From assembly GCA_038046185.1 (NCBI GenBank), contig JBBSWR010000219.1:1-56311 (forward strand): 56,311 nucleotides of DNA. Direction: 5' to 3'. Numbering within the stretch: position 1 is the stretch's first letter; the number at the start of each line of letters is the position of its first letter. Source of the DNA: Nanobdellota archaeon. Lineage in GTDB: Archaea; Nanobdellota; Nanobdellia; Woesearchaeales; GW2011-AR4. The position numbers and the translations under genes were made by a program. Under the pieces are notes generated by a model, which was not told the origin of the DNA, ran no database searches, and saw nothing but the letters and a program-made list of their open reading frames with translations. Positions 10,589 to 20,670 of the stretch are shown here, one piece after another.

Positions 10589-11586
10589 GAGTTTTTAATT
10601 TTTATTAATTTCATTTGTGATGCAGATTTACGTGCGTGTTCCATGACATATGCTTGAGTTAGTAAATCTTTTTCATAATTTTGATTGAATAATGGTTTTG
10701 AGATATAAGTACAAAAATTTTCAATCATTAATTGGAATTGATCAGATGGTGAAACGACATGTGTTTTTGAGGAATTGTCTGTACTCAGAGAAATTTTTGC
10801 AGGATTGTTTGTACGTAAATTAAAGGCCCTTTCTGCACCTATCAATCCTTTCTGACCCCATATTTCATACGATGATTGAAATGAATTAGAATATCCAAAA
10901 AAACCTGTGGCAACTTTGTTATTTTCAAACGACATGTAGATACTTCCTTGAATATCTATGTTGTATTTTTTATCATAAATTAAGTTACAAAGAATAGAGT
11001 TAGGTATTCCTTGGAATACAACATTGCTAATTTTGATAATATAACATGCAACATCGTTTAAAATGCCTCCACCTAATTCCTTTTTCAAGCGAAAGTTTGT
11101 AGATGATCTGTCTAAATTAAATCCAAATTTTGAATGTAATGAGAAATAATTTCCTATCTTGTTATGTTGAAGATATTTCATAATAATTGAATGCTGTGGA
11201 TGATGAAGGAAAGAAAATCCTTCCATAATATGAACATGATTTTTTTTACATGTATCAACCATTTTTTTAGCAGATTGATATGACGTAGTTACGGATTTTT
11301 CACAGATTACATGTTTTCCGGCTTTAGCTGCACGAATAACCCATTGTTCTTGCAGAGATGGAGGAAGTGAGATATATACAACATCAACAGTTTCATTGGT
11401 CAGTACATCCTCATAGATACCAAAATTTTTACAGTGAAATTGTTTTGAGAAAGAAAATCCTTTTTTTACAGATCTACTGCCTAAAAATTCCAAATTCGCT
11501 TTTTTTGATTTGAGTAATGCAGGAAGAAAAGAATTCTTGGCAACGTTAGAACAACCAATAATCCCAAATCTAATTGCCTTACCCAT
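10585..11586 (-). CDS. Gfo/Idh/MocA-family NAD(P)-dependent sugar oxidoreductase
   Basis: The ORF track gives 10585..11688, but its first 34 codons overlap the upstream cupin gene. ATG at 11584-11586 gives MGKAIRFGIIGCSNVAKN, a typical family N-terminus. HVICEKS corresponds to the family EKP motif. Confidence 0.8.
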   Translation of the reverse strand: MGKAIRFGIIGCSNVAKNSFLPALLKSKKANLEFLGSRSVKKGFSFSKQFHCKNFGIYEDVLTNETVDVVYISLPPSLQEQWVIRAAKAGKHVICEKSVTTSYQSAKKMVDTCKKNHVHIMEGFSFLHHPQHSIIMKYLQHNKIGNYFSLHSKFGFNLDRSSTNFRLKKELGGGILNDVACYIIKISNVVFQGIPNSILCNLIYDKKYNIDIQGSIYMSFENNKVATGFFGYSNSFQSSYEIWGQKGLIGAERAFNLRTNNPAKISLSTDNSSKTHVVSPSDQFQLMIENFCTYISKPLFNQNYEKDLLTQAYVMEHARKSASQMKLIKIKNS

Positions 11587-11635
11587 GAATTTGTAATTTA
11601 ATACAGAGTAATATTTCTTATTAGAAATACAAATC

Positions 11636-12031
11636 TCAGAGTATAGAAAATGAGTTGATATTTTCAACTCTGAATGTATCTTCCTCATAACTCATATTTG
11701 TCCTACTTTTAGAGGTAAAAATTACACATTCACAATCTTCAAGAGCGTTAAGTGAATGATAGTGAAATGGTGGTATCAAAACCATTTCAAATGGGTGTAA
11801 TTGAAATACTTCAAGAGGAGATTTTGGATCTTTGAGATTCTTGATTGAAAGTTCCATCAACCCTTTTAACAGTAAAGTATATTGTTTTTGTTCTTTGTGA
11901 TAGTGTTTACCTCGAATAGAATTTTTTTTTGAAATTAGATATCCAGAATGGTGAATTGTATTGTCAGATAATAAATCCCAAATTGAGCCTCGATCATCTA
12001 CAAATGCAGGTTCTAATTTTATAATTTCCAT
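11636..12031 (-). CDS. Cupin-fold NDP-sugar 3-epimerase / 3,4-ketoisomerase (CapF C-terminal domain / WxcM-FdtA-like)
   Basis: 131 aa. FVDDRGSIWDLL and IRGKHYHKEQKQYTLLLKG match the DxRGS...RGxHxH cupin signature of these families. Confidence 0.65.
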   Translation of the reverse strand: MEIIKLEPAFVDDRGSIWDLLSDNTIHHSGYLISKKNSIRGKHYHKEQKQYTLLLKGLMELSIKNLKDPKSPLEVFQLHPFEMVLIPPFHYHSLNALEDCECVIFTSKSRTNMSYEEDTFRVENINSFSIL

Positions 12032-12071
12032 TAATCATATAATGAAAAACCATTTTTAAAGTCTTTGTGAA

Positions 12072-13229
12072 TTAGTTACTATTTGATTTATTTTGTATTG
12101 TCTGTATCATGAAATTTCTTATTTGATTATAAATATCAGAACCTTTGAATAATTTTTCAGATCTAATTCTTGCTTTTTTACCCATTTCAATGCTCAAATT
12201 TGAATCATCCAGAAACAATTCAATATATTTGATTAACTCATCATGATCAAATTGTGGAATTAAAAATCCCGTTTCATTTTGAGAAATGCTTTCTTCTGGA
12301 CCACCGGGTTTCCAAGAAATTACGGGAGTTCCTGCAGCCATAGCTTCTACAACTTGCATTCCAAAGGGAGCATCTTTTACCAAATGTGTAAAAACCAAGG
12401 AATTGGCATAAAGTGATGCTAATTTTTCATCACTGACTCTACCAAAAAACTTTACAACTTTTTCAAGTCCAAGTTTTTGAGATAATTGTTTTAATTCATC
12501 TCCATGTAATTCTTTATCACCAGCTATCCATATTTCGAAATCTTGCCGTTTTTTATAGAGTGTTTCTGCAGTTTGAATTAAAAATGAAGCATGCCGAGCT
12601 TTGATGTCTCCCAAGCATAAAATTGCGCGGGATTTTTCTGGCCTAGTCTCAAAAAATATTTTATTTGCACCTAGGTAAATTACTTCAGAAGACATATCAT
12701 AAACATCACGAATATGTTTAGCTGTAAACTTACTACTAGCAATTATTGAATCAAAATGTTTCCATTTACTTTTTTCATAGATTCTAACAAAAAATCGTAG
12801 AAATTTCCACATCCAATATAACGAAGTTGTGAGATTTTTGGTATAAGTGTCAGAATATAAAATTTGTATATCTAATGGTGAAAAAACAACTGGAATATTA
12901 TTAAAATTATCTGCCCACATTGAAGTTGGCCAGTTAATGAAAATTATAACGTGAGGTTTTTCTTTTTCGACTAATAAACGAAGATTCTTACGAATTTTAC
13001 CAAACTTTAACCAATATTTGATATTTTGAGGAGAAAATGAGGTATCAGCTAAATCTATTACAGAGATAGATTTGTTTGATTTAAACAAATTTCTATCTGC
13101 AAAGATAGAGGACATAATAACATCATCACCTTTAGATGCTAAAAATTCTGCTAATTCCCAACCATATCTAGCTGCACCCCCAATGGATTTAAGAAATGGT
13201 AGTACGACTATGACTTTCATAGATATCAT
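12072..13229 (-). CDS. GT4 (GT-B fold) glycosyltransferase
   Basis: FGMQVVEAMAAGTPVISWKPGGPEE is an EX7E-type GT4 C-terminal motif. 4-nt overlap with the upstream SDR gene. Confidence 0.85.
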   Translation of the reverse strand: MISMKVIVVLPFLKSIGGAARYGWELAEFLASKGDDVIMSSIFADRNLFKSNKSISVIDLADTSFSPQNIKYWLKFGKIRKNLRLLVEKEKPHVIIFINWPTSMWADNFNNIPVVFSPLDIQILYSDTYTKNLTTSLYWMWKFLRFFVRIYEKSKWKHFDSIIASSKFTAKHIRDVYDMSSEVIYLGANKIFFETRPEKSRAILCLGDIKARHASFLIQTAETLYKKRQDFEIWIAGDKELHGDELKQLSQKLGLEKVVKFFGRVSDEKLASLYANSLVFTHLVKDAPFGMQVVEAMAAGTPVISWKPGGPEESISQNETGFLIPQFDHDELIKYIELFLDDSNLSIEMGKKARIRSEKLFKGSDIYNQIRNFMIQTIQNKSNSN

Positions 13230-13942
13230 TTAAGAGTGTATTTTTTCCACACTTCAGTATCAAGTGTCATATCTATAGTTAAAGGCGGTCCAGAATAATC
13301 TAATAATGTCAGAGATTCTATTTCTGGGGTAGTAATTTTTGCTAGATCAAACATTGATATTTTTTTGTCACCAGTAATATGGACAAATTCTCGCAAGTTT
13401 TCTTTATATACATCATATATTCCAGATGCGACTTGATCAGCAAATAAGTAGGTTCCAAATCTATCTACAAATGCTTTAGGATATGGCCATTTTTTTCTTC
13501 CAACAAAATTAGTTCTAACAATAAGATGGTTGGATAATTTTTGAACATGTTGTTCTCCAATTAATTTTGTGAGGGCGTAAAAATTTTCTGGGTATGGGAT
13601 AGAACTTTCTTTATACATTCCAACATGTCCATCAAAAACACATGCAGTACTGATATAGATAAAATATGTATTTGGTTTTAATGTGTTTACGGCATCAATG
13701 AGGTTTTTTGTACCATCTACATTTGTAGACCAAGCAGTTTTTTTATCTTCTTCGCATTTACGAATACTGGTCATAGCAGCAGTATGTATTATTCCATCAA
13801 AATCATGTTTTCTAAAAAAATCAAACACCATAGTTTTATTTGTTATATCCAATTCTTGATGGGTTGGACATAATGAATTAGGAAAATTCTTAGATAATTC
13901 TAATCCCAATACACCTGTACCACCAGTAACTAAAATTGCCAT
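13226..13942 (-). CDS. Short RmlD/CapF-N-terminal-like SDR reductase
   Basis: AILVTGGTGVLGLEL Rossmann motif, STACVFDG, YALTKLIGE (YxxxK); 238 aa. Confidence 0.65.
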   Translation of the reverse strand: MAILVTGGTGVLGLELSKNFPNSLCPTHQELDITNKTMVFDFFRKHDFDGIIHTAAMTSIRKCEEDKKTAWSTNVDGTKNLIDAVNTLKPNTYFIYISTACVFDGHVGMYKESSIPYPENFYALTKLIGEQHVQKLSNHLIVRTNFVGRKKWPYPKAFVDRFGTYLFADQVASGIYDVYKENLREFVHITGDKKISMFDLAKITTPEIESLTLLDYSGPPLTIDMTLDTEVWKKYTLK

Positions 13943-13986
13943 GGATTAATTACAAATTTAGGGAATATATCTCGTACATTGGTGTT

Positions 13987-15075
13987 TTAGAGTGAAAAAG
14001 TTTCACGATTGTGTCCTCTGAGTATATTGATGACTTTAGATGCAGTTTTTCCATCACCTAATGATGAATTCCAATCCCAATCAGGTTTAGCAGAAGTGAT
14101 TAACTTTACAGATTCCAAGATGTTATCAGGTTCTATTCCTGCTAGAATCGTTGAACCTGCTTCAATATACTCGGGTCTTTCGGTACTTTCTCTAATTGTC
14201 ACGCATGGTTTTTTAAAATATAGAGATTCTTCTGGGATTGTTCCAGAATCAGTTATTAAACAAAAGGCATTTTTCTCTAATTTTAAAAAATCAAAGAAGC
14301 CTAAGGGTGAAATAAAATCTATGTTTTTTGGGATCTGATCTTTTTTAATTTTACTTGACGTTCTAGGATGTATTGGGTAAATAATTTTCTTTTTAAAAGT
14401 AGTTTGAATTTTATCCAAAGAGTCTAGAATTTTTTCCAGTCTTTTAGGATCATCTACATTTTCACTTCTATGGCCGGTTACCAAAAAGTATCCATTAGGC
14501 CTAAGTTTCATCTTGGTAAGAATATTACTTTGATTGATTTTTTTCGAATAGAAATTAATTACTTCAATAATTGGATTCCCTACAACAAATATTTTACTTG
14601 GATGAATATTTTCTCGAATTAGATTCTCTCTGGAATAGGATGTATATGGTAACAAAATAGAAGATAGATGATCAATGACAATCCTGTTTTTTTCCTCAGG
14701 CATTCTAAAATCAAATGAACGCATGCCTGCTTCTAAATGAACAATCTTAATTCCATGATGAGATGCAGGTATTGCAGCTAAGCCGCTATTTGTGTCACCA
14801 AGAATTAAAACGATATCTGGTTTTTCTTTCAGTAAGACAGTCTCTGATTTTTTTATTATTTCAGATATTTCATCACCATAATTTGTAGTTGATATTTTTA
14901 GATCATAATCAGGTTTCCTTATTTTTAGATCTTTAAAAAAGACATTACTTAATTCGTATGTATAATTTTGAGAGGTATTAACCATCACATGTTCAAAATG
15001 TTTATCCAATAATGGAAATATTCGTGAAAGTCGAATAATTTCAGGCCTAGTTCCAAAAATAGACATTATTTTCAT
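13987..15075 (-). CDS. UDP-N-acetylglucosamine 2-epimerase family, non-hydrolysing type (WecB/FnlC/CapG-like)
   Basis: MKIMSIFGTRPEIIRLS N-terminus, LGDTNSGLAA, VTGHRSENVD, HPRT and ITDSGTIPEE motifs. Confidence 0.85.
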   Translation of the reverse strand: MKIMSIFGTRPEIIRLSRIFPLLDKHFEHVMVNTSQNYTYELSNVFFKDLKIRKPDYDLKISTTNYGDEISEIIKKSETVLLKEKPDIVLILGDTNSGLAAIPASHHGIKIVHLEAGMRSFDFRMPEEKNRIVIDHLSSILLPYTSYSRENLIRENIHPSKIFVVGNPIIEVINFYSKKINQSNILTKMKLRPNGYFLVTGHRSENVDDPKRLEKILDSLDKIQTTFKKKIIYPIHPRTSSKIKKDQIPKNIDFISPLGFFDFLKLEKNAFCLITDSGTIPEESLYFKKPCVTIRESTERPEYIEAGSTILAGIEPDNILESVKLITSAKPDWDWNSSLGDGKTASKVINILRGHNRETFSL

Positions 15076-15216
15076 AAGATATAGATTAACCTGTATTGAT
15101 GTATTAAAAAGCTACCAAATAATAGTTTCTTGGCACATATGCTCTAATCAACTATTTTATAAATAAAAGACAAATTGGAGAAATTATTGTCTGAAAAGGA
15201 TATCAAGTGTTAGAAT

Positions 15217-16794
15217 CTAGATTTGAATTTTACTTGGTTTCATAGTTTTTATGATTCGTGTTAAAATGTAAAATTCAAAAATTATTAGCGAAATGAAGAT
15301 TGTAAAATAAGGGGCAACTCCAAGAATCTTGATTAAATAAACATCAAGTTGCAGTCCACTAAACATCGTATTAATAGAAGTTGTCAAAGGACTGTATTGG
15401 AATGTCCAGATTATGATGTCATTAATATACAATGGATGTGATTTCCCATATGCAAGGCCAAACAATCCAGTTTGTCCTCCAGGGGAACCCCATACAAACC
15501 AGTTTACATCTTGGAGTATTTCTGCCATATTAAAAAAGAATCCAAAAATACCTAGTCCTATAATGAATGGTATGATTTTTGATTTTCTTTTTTGTATACT
15601 AACTCCTAGAGGCAATAAAAGAAATGGGATTAACGCATACATGTATTTTGGAGGCCATGCTGTAAGACCATGCCAAAAATTAAAAGTTGCAAAATGAATC
15701 ACAAACAAACATGAGAACGATAATATCAGGATAGAAATTGCTTTGTTAGATTTAAAAAAGTCAGGTAATGAAAAAAACACAGTTAGCAATATTGGAACAT
15801 AAATGAATAATCCAATACCCGGAGATAGTAATAGTCCAAACATATGCTCAACAAATGAAAATGTCGGGTTTCCTTGTCCAAAAGTAACTATAGTTGAAAC
15901 GTCAGATATTATTTTATTTTGTTGAGAAACTCCATATCGAATTAGATCAAAAATTCGATAAATTGCATAACCCAAAATGAGGGGTAATGTAAACAAGATA
16001 ATATTTTTAATTTTATTCTTTTTAGTTAATGATAAAATAATTGAAAAGAGAAAGAGTGGAATAATAAACAAAATTGCGTCCTCTCGAATCATAAAAGCAA
16101 ATACTAAAGATGAGAATGCAAGTAAAATAAAACGAAGTTGTAAAGAAATTTGATATTTTCGAAATAATAGAAACCCAAGTAAAATAAAAGATAACGCAGA
16201 TACCTGATTAAAAGAAGTGCCAGAATATGCAAAAATTGATGTTGAAAGACCTAATAGAAATGAAAGACATAAAGAAGTTTTGACTGAATAATTAAAAGTA
16301 CGACAAATTAAAAAAAATAAGCCTACAGAAAGCGCGGAGTAAAAAGGACCAAAAAATAATTCCATAAATGTAAAATCAGGATTAATGCTATTTCTCCAGA
16401 ATACATAATGTTGATCAGTAAAATCAGATAACGAGAAAACGTAAGTGTCCTTGTTTATAATATTAAGATAATGATTAATGAAAACAAAAGGATATTCAGT
16501 AATGCTATGAGCTACATGTGCTCCATAACAAATAAGAGCATTTTGACATGAATTCCCCTGACCATGTGGATACCAAAATTCTGGATATTTAAATAAAGTT
16601 CCAGATTCACCGGGAATAAATTCAGGATCAGGTTCTAAGAGAACTAAACGTAAAGTTTGTTGTTGTGCATATTCTTCATCGTTGGTTGCTCTATGTCCAT
16701 CGGAAGTAAATGTGTAAATTGTGAAAAGTATGAGGAAGATTAGAAAGAATAATTTTGCATCAATGTTTGTATAATTTTTGTTGATTAGTTGCAA
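15217..16794 (-). CDS. Polytopic membrane protein, GT-C-fold glycosyltransferase-like (Wzy-like polymerase not excluded)
   Basis: 525 aa with more than 10 hydrophobic segments. A long first loop after TM1 carries an acidic motif (GHRATNDEEYAQ), reminiscent of the loop-1 DE motif of PMT/ArnT-type GT-C enzymes. Confidence 0.45.
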   Translation of the reverse strand: MQLINKNYTNIDAKLFFLIFLILFTIYTFTSDGHRATNDEEYAQQQTLRLVLLEPDPEFIPGESGTLFKYPEFWYPHGQGNSCQNALICYGAHVAHSITEYPFVFINHYLNIINKDTYVFSLSDFTDQHYVFWRNSINPDFTFMELFFGPFYSALSVGLFFLICRTFNYSVKTSLCLSFLLGLSTSIFAYSGTSFNQVSALSFILLGFLLFRKYQISLQLRFILLAFSSLVFAFMIREDAILFIIPLFLFSIILSLTKKNKIKNIILFTLPLILGYAIYRIFDLIRYGVSQQNKIISDVSTIVTFGQGNPTFSFVEHMFGLLLSPGIGLFIYVPILLTVFFSLPDFFKSNKAISILILSFSCLFVIHFATFNFWHGLTAWPPKYMYALIPFLLLPLGVSIQKRKSKIIPFIIGLGIFGFFFNMAEILQDVNWFVWGSPGGQTGLFGLAYGKSHPLYINDIIIWTFQYSPLTTSINTMFSGLQLDVYLIKILGVAPYFTIFISLIIFEFYILTRIIKTMKPSKIQI

Positions 16795-16881
16795 TATCGT
16801 GTTTTTATTAGGAATGGATTTAAAGATGGTGAAATATAAAAATAAGTATAATTTATTAAATCAGATCAAAAATAGAGACAA

Positions 16882-17889
16882 GTGGATTATTTCAATATAA
16901 TTAATGGTAAAAATATACTGATAACTGGAGGTACAGGAAGTTTTGGATATCAGATGGTAAAAGAATTATCAAATTACAAACCAAAGAATATTCTAGTTTT
17001 TAGTAGAGATGAGGACAAACAGAATACTATGAAACAAGAACTTCGAGATAAACCAATTTCTAAAGTAATAAAATACATTATTGGAGATGTCAGGGATTAT
17101 GACCGATTATACACTGTTTGTAAAGATGTGGATATTGTCTTTCATGCTGCAGCTCTAAAACAAGTTCCAATAGTAGAATTGTATCCTTTAGAAGCAGTTA
17201 AAACAAATATCATAGGTTCACATAATTTGGTCAGAGCCTCAATTGATAGAGGGGTAAAACATGTTGTAGCTGTTAGCACAGATAAAGCAGTAAAGCCGGT
17301 TAATGCGATGGGAATGACAAAAGCATTACAAGAGAAAATTTTTCGATCAGATCAATATGAACACAGCAAGACAATATTTTGTTCTGTAAGGTATGGTAAT
17401 GTTCTTGGCAGTAGAGGAAGTGTCATACCATTATGGGACAGTAAAATCAATAAAAAACAACCTTTGCCTGTTACACATCCAGATATGACAAGATTTTTGT
17501 TAACGCTGCATGATGCAATTCAGCTTGTGTTTTATGCATTAAAAAATGCAAAGGGTGGAGAGATATTTGTAAAAAAAGCACCATCTGCAAAGATAATAGA
17601 TCTTGCAAGAGCATATGCGGAAATTATAACCAAGAAAAAGGACTATCCAATTGAGTTTGTAGGTATTAGACCAGGTGAAAAGATTCACGAAATTCTTGTC
17701 TCAGAAGAAGAAATGAGATTTGCCATAGAAGAGAAAGATCATTATGTTATAAAAAGAGAAAATTATGAGTTCGATAAAAATTCTACAAAGAAAAAAATTA
17801 GTTTTGAGGAATATAGTTCAGGTTCAGTCAAACTCATGAGTATAGATGAATTGAAAAATATCATGAAAAATCTTTCATGGGTTATTTGA
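16882..17889 (+). CDS. UDP-GlcNAc 4,6-dehydratase/5-epimerase of the CapE/FnlA/WbjB subtype
   Basis: GTG start. ILITGGTGSFGYQMVKEL; STDKAVKPVNAMGMTKALQEK has Met in place of the usual SDR Tyr (MxxxK), as I recall for CapE/FnlA. Confidence 0.75.
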   Translation: MDYFNIINGKNILITGGTGSFGYQMVKELSNYKPKNILVFSRDEDKQNTMKQELRDKPISKVIKYIIGDVRDYDRLYTVCKDVDIVFHAAALKQVPIVELYPLEAVKTNIIGSHNLVRASIDRGVKHVVAVSTDKAVKPVNAMGMTKALQEKIFRSDQYEHSKTIFCSVRYGNVLGSRGSVIPLWDSKINKKQPLPVTHPDMTRFLLTLHDAIQLVFYALKNAKGGEIFVKKAPSAKIIDLARAYAEIITKKKDYPIEFVGIRPGEKIHEILVSEEEMRFAIEEKDHYVIKRENYEFDKNSTKKKISFEEYSSGSVKLMSIDELKNIMKNLSWVI

Positions 17890-19084
17890 TAGATTTTGAT
17901 ACAATATCCTGAAAAATAATGAGCAAGTCATCAGATAACTTGTCCCAACAGTGATTTTTTTCAATATAAAGAAATCCATTGTTTCCTAATTTATTTAATT
18001 TTTCCTGATTTTGAAATAATTTCACCAAAGAAGTGATGAATTCAGATAATGGAGAATAAACAATGCCAAAGTTTTCATTTGGAAGTAATTCAACAGTTCC
18101 TCGTAAAGGAGTAGATAATACGGGTTTGCCACATGCCATATATTCAAGAATTTTTGTCGGAATAATTCGATCTGTAATATTATTTACAACAAAAGGATTT
18201 ACGCAGATATCAAATAAAGAGACATATTCAAAAAGTTTCTCTTGTTTTACAAAACCTGTCATAATTATATCGTTGCCCAGATGTAATTGTTTAATCAAGG
18301 ATTTTATACGAACAAAGTCTGGTCCACCGCCTATAATCAAGAACTTGATTCCTTGAATTTCATTTTTTAATATGTGAAAATTGTTTATTAAAAAATCTAA
18401 TCCTGCAAATGGATAAACAGTTCCAATAAAACCTATTACTTTATCAGAGTTTTTCAAACCTAATTGTTGCATTAGTGATTGTATTTTTAAAACAGGTTTA
18501 AAAAATTGAGGATTTATACCAAGTGGGAAATAATCTGAATTTTCATTTGCCCCCATTTCTTTTGTATATCTGACAAGTTCAGGAGTTGTTGACAAGACTT
18601 TAGTAGCATTATTTATGACTAATTTTTCATATTTTTTGGTAAGATTATGTAATATTGGAATTTTTACCAATTCATGTGCTACATCCAAACATCTGAAAAC
18701 AAGTGGAATATGCATTTCATTAGATAATTGTATTGATTGTATTCCATTTGTTGCAACACCATACAGTAAAATTATATCAATATTATTCTCAGAGATAATT
18801 TTTTTTATTATCTTTTTACAAGTTAGGAAATGAGTCAATCTATTAAGACCCTTGACAAGAATTGATCTTGGTCGTATTAGAGTAATTGATGCATGATCAT
18901 AAAGTCGAGAATAGTTTTTTGTGATAGTAGTAAACAATCCGCTTATAATTTGAGAAAAATCTGGAGCTGCACAATATACAACAAAAACATCATTATTCTT
19001 AAGTGAAAATAATTCAGCCAAGTGCTGTGGTTCAAAAGGAACTTTTTTTATCCAATCTATTTCATGAATTATTAGAATATTCAT
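17882..19084 (-). CDS. GT4 (GT-B fold) glycosyltransferase
   Basis: FIGTVYPFAGLD...IPTKILEYMACGKPVLSTP GT4 C-terminal motif. ATGA start/stop overlap with the upstream flippase gene. Confidence 0.85.
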   Translation of the reverse strand: MNILIIHEIDWIKKVPFEPQHLAELFSLKNNDVFVVYCAAPDFSQIISGLFTTITKNYSRLYDHASITLIRPRSILVKGLNRLTHFLTCKKIIKKIISENNIDIILLYGVATNGIQSIQLSNEMHIPLVFRCLDVAHELVKIPILHNLTKKYEKLVINNATKVLSTTPELVRYTKEMGANENSDYFPLGINPQFFKPVLKIQSLMQQLGLKNSDKVIGFIGTVYPFAGLDFLINNFHILKNEIQGIKFLIIGGGPDFVRIKSLIKQLHLGNDIIMTGFVKQEKLFEYVSLFDICVNPFVVNNITDRIIPTKILEYMACGKPVLSTPLRGTVELLPNENFGIVYSPLSEFITSLVKLFQNQEKLNKLGNNGFLYIEKNHCWDKLSDDLLIIFQDIVSKSIK

Positions 19085-20598
19085 TTTGAACGAACACTTT
19101 TTTCTTTGATCTCTTTAAGAATGGATTTTAATAAATACTTGGCTTTATTGTCTAATAATGATGTCACAACAAAATATCCCAATATACTTACAATTACATA
19201 TGCTAGGAGATTAGGTAAAAACACAACAAGATTATTTGTGTAATAAAGAAAATGATCACTGATAAAATATGTCAAACCAAATACTATTACCGCAGATAAG
19301 ACATAATTCAAAATATGTTTTCTTTTTATTTTTATCATTAAATTGCGTTTCACAAGAACATACAAGTAAAGTGAGAGTGGAATTTGAGTTAATACAGCAA
19401 TAGACGCCCAGAAAATTAATAAATTGACATCAGAAACAGAATAATTTTTCAGGAATAATATGCCTGTTGTGAGAATTACCACATATGTGCAAGTCTGAAT
19501 AAGTCTAAGTGTTGGCGGTAAAAATAATTTACTTTTTACATAGTCTTTGAATGTAGAGGTATTATCTTTATCCACATTTTCAATACCAGCTAAAGACTGT
19601 GTGAAAATATTTGTTAAAACAGTAAAGAATCCATCAACAGCTAAAATCATCACCACTGGAAACACAAATTCATAGATTGGATTAAGAACATACAATCCAG
19701 CACGACTAAAAGTAATAACAACAGATGTTAACAAGATACCAAAAAATAACACGTGTATAATATTGTCTTCCAGATAATCTTTTTTATCACTTCCTAAAAG
19801 CTTGGCATATACACCTCTAGAAATTAATCCTGTATGTGAAATCATACTAGGTAAAACAGATGCTGCTATCCAATATGCCAATCCAATCACCGAACCCATT
19901 AAAATAGTGAATATAGAAATATCCAATCCTGCCACAATGATGGCTATGCTAGGATATGCAGGTATCCAAAAATATTTTAGATATTTTTTTATATATTTAC
20001 TGTTAAAATTATTTTTAAGTTTATCATACGAGTAATAAAACTGGATTACTATACTTACACAATAAGATATGAGAAGTGAGAATAACAATCCAATTATTCC
20101 AATTTCTAAAACATTAACAAAAAGAAATGCAAATGGTATTGATGTTAAACCATAAGCAACTGTGCCATAAACTACAACATGTGGTTTTGAACCAAGATTG
20201 ATTGCAGATAAAATAGAATTTACAAACATCGCTGGAATCAAAATTCCACCCATTAAAAGAATGTCAACTTGTACGTTAGAATAGATACTCATTACATATG
20301 CAATAAAAAGATAAACGATTGTAGCTATGACAGATAAGCCAAAACTTGCTAAAACAGATGTTTTTCCTGAATGAGTATCTCTTGCAATTTCTCGTGTAGT
20401 CCAATACGAAACAATTGGTCCGATCATTAAAACATACAGTAATAATACGTTGATCAATCCCCAAGAACCATATTGCTCAGGACTAAGTGTTCGTGTAATA
20501 ATTAGAGTAAAAATAAGTCCAGTTACGATACTGATTAATCCACCTACAAAAGACAACAATCCGGTGTAAGTAATTCTGATTCCAGACAACTTAGTCAA
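19081..20598 (-). CDS. wzx: Wzx-type oligosaccharide flippase (MOP superfamily polysaccharide biosynthesis protein)
   Basis: 505 aa, hydrophobic throughout (about 12-14 TM). N-terminal ITRTLSPEQYGSWGLI resembles the conserved Wzx/PST motif. Confidence 0.7.
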   Translation of the reverse strand: MTKLSGIRITYTGLLSFVGGLISIVTGLIFTLIITRTLSPEQYGSWGLINVLLLYVLMIGPIVSYWTTREIARDTHSGKTSVLASFGLSVIATIVYLFIAYVMSIYSNVQVDILLMGGILIPAMFVNSILSAINLGSKPHVVVYGTVAYGLTSIPFAFLFVNVLEIGIIGLLFSLLISYCVSIVIQFYYSYDKLKNNFNSKYIKKYLKYFWIPAYPSIAIIVAGLDISIFTILMGSVIGLAYWIAASVLPSMISHTGLISRGVYAKLLGSDKKDYLEDNIIHVLFFGILLTSVVITFSRAGLYVLNPIYEFVFPVVMILAVDGFFTVLTNIFTQSLAGIENVDKDNTSTFKDYVKSKLFLPPTLRLIQTCTYVVILTTGILFLKNYSVSDVNLLIFWASIAVLTQIPLSLYLYVLVKRNLMIKIKRKHILNYVLSAVIVFGLTYFISDHFLYYTNNLVVFLPNLLAYVIVSILGYFVVTSLLDNKAKYLLKSILKEIKEKSVRSK

Positions 20599-20670
20599 AT
20601 TTTAATATGAAGTTAAGTTTATGAATATTGATATTTTAAAAAAATAGTTAAGAGAATAGAATGAAAAATA

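Noticed and set aside
11587-11688. A 34-codon N-terminal extension of the Gfo/Idh/MocA ORF (the track start is 11688).
   Set aside because: The extension overlaps the 3' end of the upstream cupin gene and precedes the Rossmann motif. The internal ATG at 11584-11586 gives a typical family N-terminus.
13226-13942. The 238-aa SDR as a truncated pseudogene of a normal RmlD of about 290-300 aa.
   Set aside because: The Rossmann and YxxxK motifs are intact. The ORF is bounded by a clean ATG and by a 4-nt start/stop overlap with the next gene, which suggests a functional short form.
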